A stretch of DNA of 37,959 bases, taken from assembly GCA_046497225.1 (NCBI GenBank), contig JAWOGA010000050.1:1-37959 (forward strand), in the 5' to 3' direction. This document shows, in pieces, positions 33,787 through 37,959 of the stretch. A program made the translations under genes and the position numbers. A model generated the notes under the pieces. It did not search any database and was not told where the DNA came from. It saw nothing but the letters and a program-made list of their open reading frames with translations. The stretch's first letter is position 1. Every line of letters starts with the position of its first letter. The stretch comes from Candidatus Moraniibacteriota bacterium. GTDB taxonomy: Bacteria; Patescibacteriota; Minisyncoccia; Moranbacterales; DUUL01.

Positions 33787-33865
33787 GGGTTTGAAATAAT
33801 CAAAACTAAATCAATTAAAATTGATTCAAAATTTAAAATTTGTAATTTAAAATTCGAGCTCGCGA

Positions 33866-34420
33866 TTAGAATTTCACCTCCACATTTTCCTTTTCTTCAC
33901 CTTCTGCTTCAAAGAATTCTCTTTCTTTAAATCCCAAAATTCCGGAAACTATATTGTTGGGGAAGGTTTGGATTTTGGTATTAAAATCGCGAACATTGCC
34001 GTTATAAAACCTTCTGGAAGCCTGGATTTTGTTCTCCGTATCAGAGAGCTCTCTTTGAAGCTCCAAAAAATTCTGATTGGCTTTCAAGTCCGGGTAATTC
34101 TCAGAAACAGCAAACAAGGATTTAAGCGTTTCAGATAAAGCATTCTCCGCCTCAGCTTGCTCTTTAGTGTCTTTAGCGCTCATCGCTTTGGCTCTCATTT
34201 CGGTAACTTTTTCCAAAGTTTCTCTTTCATGTTTAGCGTAACCCTTAACAGTGTTGATTAAATTAGGAATTAAATCATACCGTCTTTTTAATTGGACATC
34301 AATGTCCGACCAGGCCTCTTCAACTCTGTTTTTGAGCCTAACTAGGCCATTGTAGATAAAAATCAACCACACCAAAAACAAACCCAGAACCGCACCTAAA
34401 ATTACTAACACAACATTCAT
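33866..34420 (-). CDS. lemA: LemA family protein
   Basis: N-terminal TM, then [47 protein letters not shown]...[23 protein letters not shown], the LemA signature. The usual LemA-HtpX/M48 pairing is present. Confidence 0.9.
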   Translation of the reverse strand: MNVVLVILGAVLGLFLVWLIFIYNGLVRLKNRVEEAWSDIDVQLKRRYDLIPNLINTVKGYAKHERETLEKVTEMRAKAMSAKDTKEQAEAENALSETLKSLFAVSENYPDLKANQNFLELQRELSDTENKIQASRRFYNGNVRDFNTKIQTFPNNIVSGILGFKEREFFEAEGEEKENVEVKF

Positions 34421-34636
34421 AAATTTTTATTAATATTTAACCTAAATTTATTATGAATTAAATTTTTTTATTTATCTAATAAACTCTCCCAACGTAATTG
34501 ATTATTTCAAGATCAATACTAATAAAATAATACCTCATAAACAGTAATTTGCCAATAGGCTGAAATAATTATTCACTTTTTGAAAAATAAACAATTGTAG
34601 AAATATCCTTATTGACGAAAAAATGAACATTCTCAA

Positions 34637-35410
34637 TTAAATATCCAATCTTTTTTCCGGTATCTGCTCCAGTGTTGATTTCACAACTTTTTCAACTTTT
34701 TTAATTGAACCAAAAGGCATTGAAACTTTCACTACTTTTTCCTGGGAACTAGCCAAAAAAAGCCTCAATATTTTTAACGAATTTTTATCTATTTTTATTT
34801 CCTGAAAAAAATCCTTTTTTTCTATATTTAAACAAGCCCCACAAGAAACTCCATAAGGCACAAAGAAAGAATAGAAATTTAGTTCTTCTATTTTTTTGCC
34901 ACAGTTAAAGCATTTAAAAATCCCGGGCTGATACCCAAGCCAATTAATTATTTTCCAATATACAGATAGCTTAATCTTTAGATTGTCTAACTCGACAAAA
35001 CTTCTTTTTTCTAAAAATTGTAAATAGAAATAAATTAGATCATATGCTTTCTCATTAACCTCACTCTCCAAAGATTTATCTGCAAAAATTTTTTTAATAT
35101 TGTTAAAAAATTTCTTGGCTTCATTAATTTTAGTGAAATCATTTTTTATCCCGGGAAACTGATCTTTTATTATGACCCCCGTTACTTTATCAAAACCTCT
35201 TCCATGAGCCAAAAAAATTTCCGAGGCGGTAATCGGCTCCAACCCTCCTGCCAATTTAGCCTTGGGTTTCCTGACGCCTTTGGCTACAACAACTTTTTTG
35301 CCAAAATTATTAGAGAAAACTTCATAAAGTCTATCGTACTCCTTGCAATCATAAGATCTCAACACAATTGATTCATCCTTATAAGTCATTTTATTTAAAA
35401 AATTAAACAT
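34637..35410 (-). CDS. recO: DNA repair protein RecO
   Basis: OB-fold N-terminus (DESIVLRSYDCKEYDRLYEVFSNNFGKKVVVAKGVRKPKAKLAGGLEP) and a Cys4 zinc module (CFNCGKK...CGAC). The start may be the ATG at 35389 (MTYKDES). Confidence 0.8.
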   Translation of the reverse strand: MFNFLNKMTYKDESIVLRSYDCKEYDRLYEVFSNNFGKKVVVAKGVRKPKAKLAGGLEPITASEIFLAHGRGFDKVTGVIIKDQFPGIKNDFTKINEAKKFFNNIKKIFADKSLESEVNEKAYDLIYFYLQFLEKRSFVELDNLKIKLSVYWKIINWLGYQPGIFKCFNCGKKIEELNFYSFFVPYGVSCGACLNIEKKDFFQEIKIDKNSLKILRLFLASSQEKVVKVSMPFGSIKKVEKVVKSTLEQIPEKRLDI

Positions 35411-35439
35411 AACAAAAAATCCTATCGTGATAGGATTTT
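35411..35439 (-). terminator. rho-independent terminator downstream of 5S rRNA, abutting the recO start
   Basis: Minus strand: AAAATCCTAT-CACG-ATAGGATTTT followed by TTGTT, then the recO ATG. Confidence 0.6.
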
Positions 35440-35475
35440 AGCATACTTCTTCCTTTTTATTAATTTATGTTCATT

Positions 35476-35595
35476 GTTCCCGGCGCCGTCCTACTCTAAT
35501 CCCGAGAACTCGGGACTACCATCGGCGCAAACGAGCTTAACTTCTGAGTTCGAGATGGAGTCAGGTGTTTCCTCATTGCTATAGGCACCGGAAAC
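35476..35595 (-). rRNA. rrf: 5S ribosomal RNA
   Basis: Minus strand: GTTTCCGGTGCC...CCTGACTCCATCTCGAACTCAGAAGTTAAGC...GATGGTAGT...AGAGTAGGACGGCGCCGGGAAC. Helix I pairs end to end. Confidence 0.9.
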
Positions 35596-36007
35596 AATAA
35601 ACACAAATTCAAAAAGCTTGAATAACCGGAGAAGAAAAAACAAAAGCTAATGTACAAAATGCCAAAATGCCAAAAATCATTAAGACCAATTCTAAAGTAT
35701 TATTCTTAATCATGCCTATTTCTTCTTAATTTAAATAAAAATATTTCAGGTTATTGAATGTTTAAATTTTACCAAAGAATAACAAAATATAAAAGTAAGT
35801 ATAATCTAATCTTTATAAAATATCAAGTCCAAATATTTTCAATCCCTGATATTTGCCAGTCTAAGTTCTCAAAGACTGCTACAATAATGCAGTAATCTTA
35901 GAGAACAAAAGCAAGAATACTCCATAGTTTATTAGTACTTCTCGGCTAAATACGTTGCCGTACTTATACCTGAAGCCTATCAACCCGGTCTTCTTCCGGG
36001 AAACTAT

Positions 36008-36157
36008 CCGTTGCACAGCAACGGAATTTCGAATTTTAAATTTTGAATTTCGAGTAAATAAATAATTTTTGAATTTTAAATGATTAAAGCATTTAATTAT
36101 TCAAAATTGATTCAAAATTCGAAATTCTATCTTCAAAATTCCGATGCTGTGCATCGG
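36008..36157 (-). other. 23S insertion 1 (3'-terminal variable helix, about H98): 116-nt AT-rich core between two near-identical 17-nt GC-rich palindromes
   Basis: ccgttgcacagcaacgg (36008-36024) and ccgatgctgtgcatcgg (36141-36157) flank the core at 36025-36140. The core's two halves are imperfectly complementary (aatttcgaatttt...aaaattcgaaatt). Confidence 0.8.
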
Positions 36158-36176
36158 GGTTGCTTTATCTTGAGGT

Positions 36177-36213
<37 letters not shown>

Positions 36214-36740
36214 ATGAACATAGCTACCCAGCTGTGCCCTTGGCAGGAACAACTGGTACACCAGAGGTTGCACTCTTTCCGGTCCTCTCGTACTAGGAAA
36301 GAATCCTCTCAAGCAACAACGCCTACGGCAGATAGAGACCGACCTGTCTTACGACGGTCTGAACCCAGCTCGCGTACCTCTTTAATTGGCGAACAGCCAA
36401 ACCCTTGGGACCTGCTACAGCCCCAGGATGAGATGAGCCGACATCGAGGTGCCAAACACCGCCGTCTATATGAACTATTGGGCGCTATTAGCCTGTTATC
36501 CCCGGGGTAACTTTTGTCTGCTGATCTTCTGCGCTACTATAAGCGACAGTCGGTTCACTAAATCCTGCTTTCGCAACTGATCGACTGATGAGTCTTTCAG
36601 TAAAGCCGGCTTATGGTTTTGTCCTATCGATCCGATTTCCATCCGGATCTAGCCGACCTTTGTGAGCACCTCCGTTACATTTTAGGAGGTATCCGCCCCA
36701 GATAAACTACCCACCAGGCACTGTCCCCGGACTGGTAACA

Positions 36741-36857
36741 AATTTCGAATTTCTAATTCTGAATTTTAAATCAATTTTAAAAAAATAAATTCAAATTTTC
36801 AAAATTCAGTCATTTGAACTTCAATCAAAATTCAAAATTTAGAATTCAAAATTTATT
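36741..36857 (-). other. 23S insertion 2 (about H79 region): ~117-nt AT-rich imperfect hairpin
   Basis: It lies between the conserved GGAATACCACCCTG... and GGACAGTGCCTGGTGGGTAGTTT tracts (minus-strand sense). E. coli has only a short hairpin here (from memory). Confidence 0.75.
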
Positions 36858-37321
36858 AACAGCCCAGGGTTAGCATTCAAAATTATGCAGGGTGGTATTC
36901 CACTGATGACTCCATCCCGACCGGAATCGGGACTTCAAAGTCTCCCACCTATGCTCGGCAGCATAATCTCGAACGCAATGCCAAGTTGTAGTAAAGCTCC
37001 ACGGGGTCTTTTCGTCTTGCCGTAGGTAGAGGGCATCTTTACCCCCATTGCAATTTCACCGGGTCCTTCGTTGAGACAGTTGCCTAGTCGTTACGCCTTT
37101 CATGCGGGTCAGTAATTAGCTGACAAGGAATTTCGCTACCTTAGAACGATTATAGTTATCGCTGACGTTCACCGGCGCTTCGGGGATTGGCTTGCACCGC
37201 TCCCGTTAACGTTCCGGCACTGGTCAGGCGTCAGCCCCTATACATCCCCTTGCGGGTTTGCAGAGACCTGTGTTTTTGGTAAACAGTCGCCAGGCATCTT
37301 TAGCTGCGGCCGATCGCTTCG

Positions 37322-37494
37322 CATCGCGCTCCGCGCGATGACTCGCTCAAATTCAAAAATTAAAGTTCAAATGTCAAAATTTTGGTGTCCTGAATGTTCG
37401 GGATGGATTTAAAATAATCATCCCGAAGGGATACCTTCATTTTGATTTTTGACTTTTACATTTTGAGTTTAGTGAGTATCACACGTAGTGTGAT
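37322..37494 (-). other. 23S insertion 3 (about H63 variable region): AT-rich arms with a central GC hairpin, bounded by two GC mini-hairpins
   Basis: Bounded by catcgcgctccgcgcgatg (37322-37340) and atcacacgtagtgtgat (37478-37494). The core is 37341-37477 and contains ttcgggatgg...catcccgaa. Confidence 0.75.
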
Positions 37495-37868
37495 GCGAAC
37501 GAACGGCGGTCCTTATCCCGAAGTTACGGACGCTGTTTTGCCGAGTTCCTTAACGAAGGTTCTCCCGTTCACCTTGGGCTACTCGCCCTGTCTACCTGTG
37601 TCGGTTTGCGGTACGGTTGCTATGCTATTAACTTTAGAAGTTTTTCCTGGCACCCTGCTCACTTTTGTTCTCCCGAGTAAACTCGGTTTTCCAGACATTT
37701 CTTGGTGTATTGCCGGACGGATTTACCTATCCGACCACCTCAAAATGCCTACCGGAATCCAATAACCGGCAAAAGCTACTAGGATGCGTCACTCCATCAG
37801 ATAACATAGCAGTACAGGAATATTAACCTGTTGTCCATCGACTACCCCCCAGCGTTCGCTTCGCGAAC

Positions 37869-37959
37869 TTTAATTTCGAATTTTTAATTTAAAATTTCGA
37901 ATGAAATCCTAATGTCTTAATGATTAAATAATTAAAAATTAAAACATTTAAAATTGATT
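37869..37959 (-). other. 23S insertion 4 (domain III, 5' of the GTAGTCGATGG tract), truncated by the window end
   Basis: The GC mini-hairpin gttcgc-ttc-gcgaac (37854-37868) is followed by the same tttcgaattt/aaaatt-type AT-rich sequence to the end of the window. Confidence 0.6.

Noticed and set aside
37442-37765. 107-aa plus-strand ORF from the track.
   Set aside because: It lies inside the 23S rRNA gene, spanning insertion 3 and conserved domain III/IV sequence. It is not a credible gene and has no homing-endonuclease motifs.

Overview
The window is visibly AT-rich and compact, with mostly short intergenic spacers. Its gene content and rRNA architecture look like a reduced-genome, CPR/Patescibacteria-like bacterium; that assignment is an inference, not a database result. 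Most of it is housekeeping. On the minus strand: dnaG-rpoD, a P-type cation ATPase, nusB, rpmF, an nfo / MazG-like / family-4 UDG repair cluster, pyk, lemA-htpX, recO, a 5S rRNA and a 23S rRNA truncated by the window end. On the plus strand: lgt-tsaD-miaA. There are four tRNAs: Cys-GCA, Leu-TAA, Ser-TGA and Ser-GGA.

Six things are worth a second look:
1. A three-gene plus-strand operon (21213-25577). It encodes a sigma-region-4/HARE-HTH DNA-binding protein, a 2-TM membrane protein, and a TM-less VirD4/TraD-like coupling ATPase ending in a CxxC-x17-CxxC zinc ribbon. No other T4SS or relaxase genes are in view.
2. A four-gene minus-strand array of secreted or membrane-anchored proteins (13387-16930). 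It includes a phage-tail-fibre-like repeat protein and two Cys-rich C-termini.
3. Both tRNA-Ser genes are followed by duplicated tRNA 3' ends. One is an 89-bp perfect tandem repeat containing a tRNA-like degenerate unit. The other is a T-arm fragment split by a 37-nt double GC hairpin. A frameshifted ORF lies between the two loci.
4. The 23S rRNA carries at least four ORF-less, AU-rich hairpin insertions closed by GC clamps. Their sequence motif also occurs in ordinary intergenic spacers.
5. A DUF5320/DUF134 pair has a palindrome over its promoter, next to an unlisted AbrB-type small ORF.
6. An orphan intrinsic terminator and a structured GC-richer segment lie downstream of the tRNA-Cys/Leu pair.

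No CRISPR array, transposase or integrase is visible.
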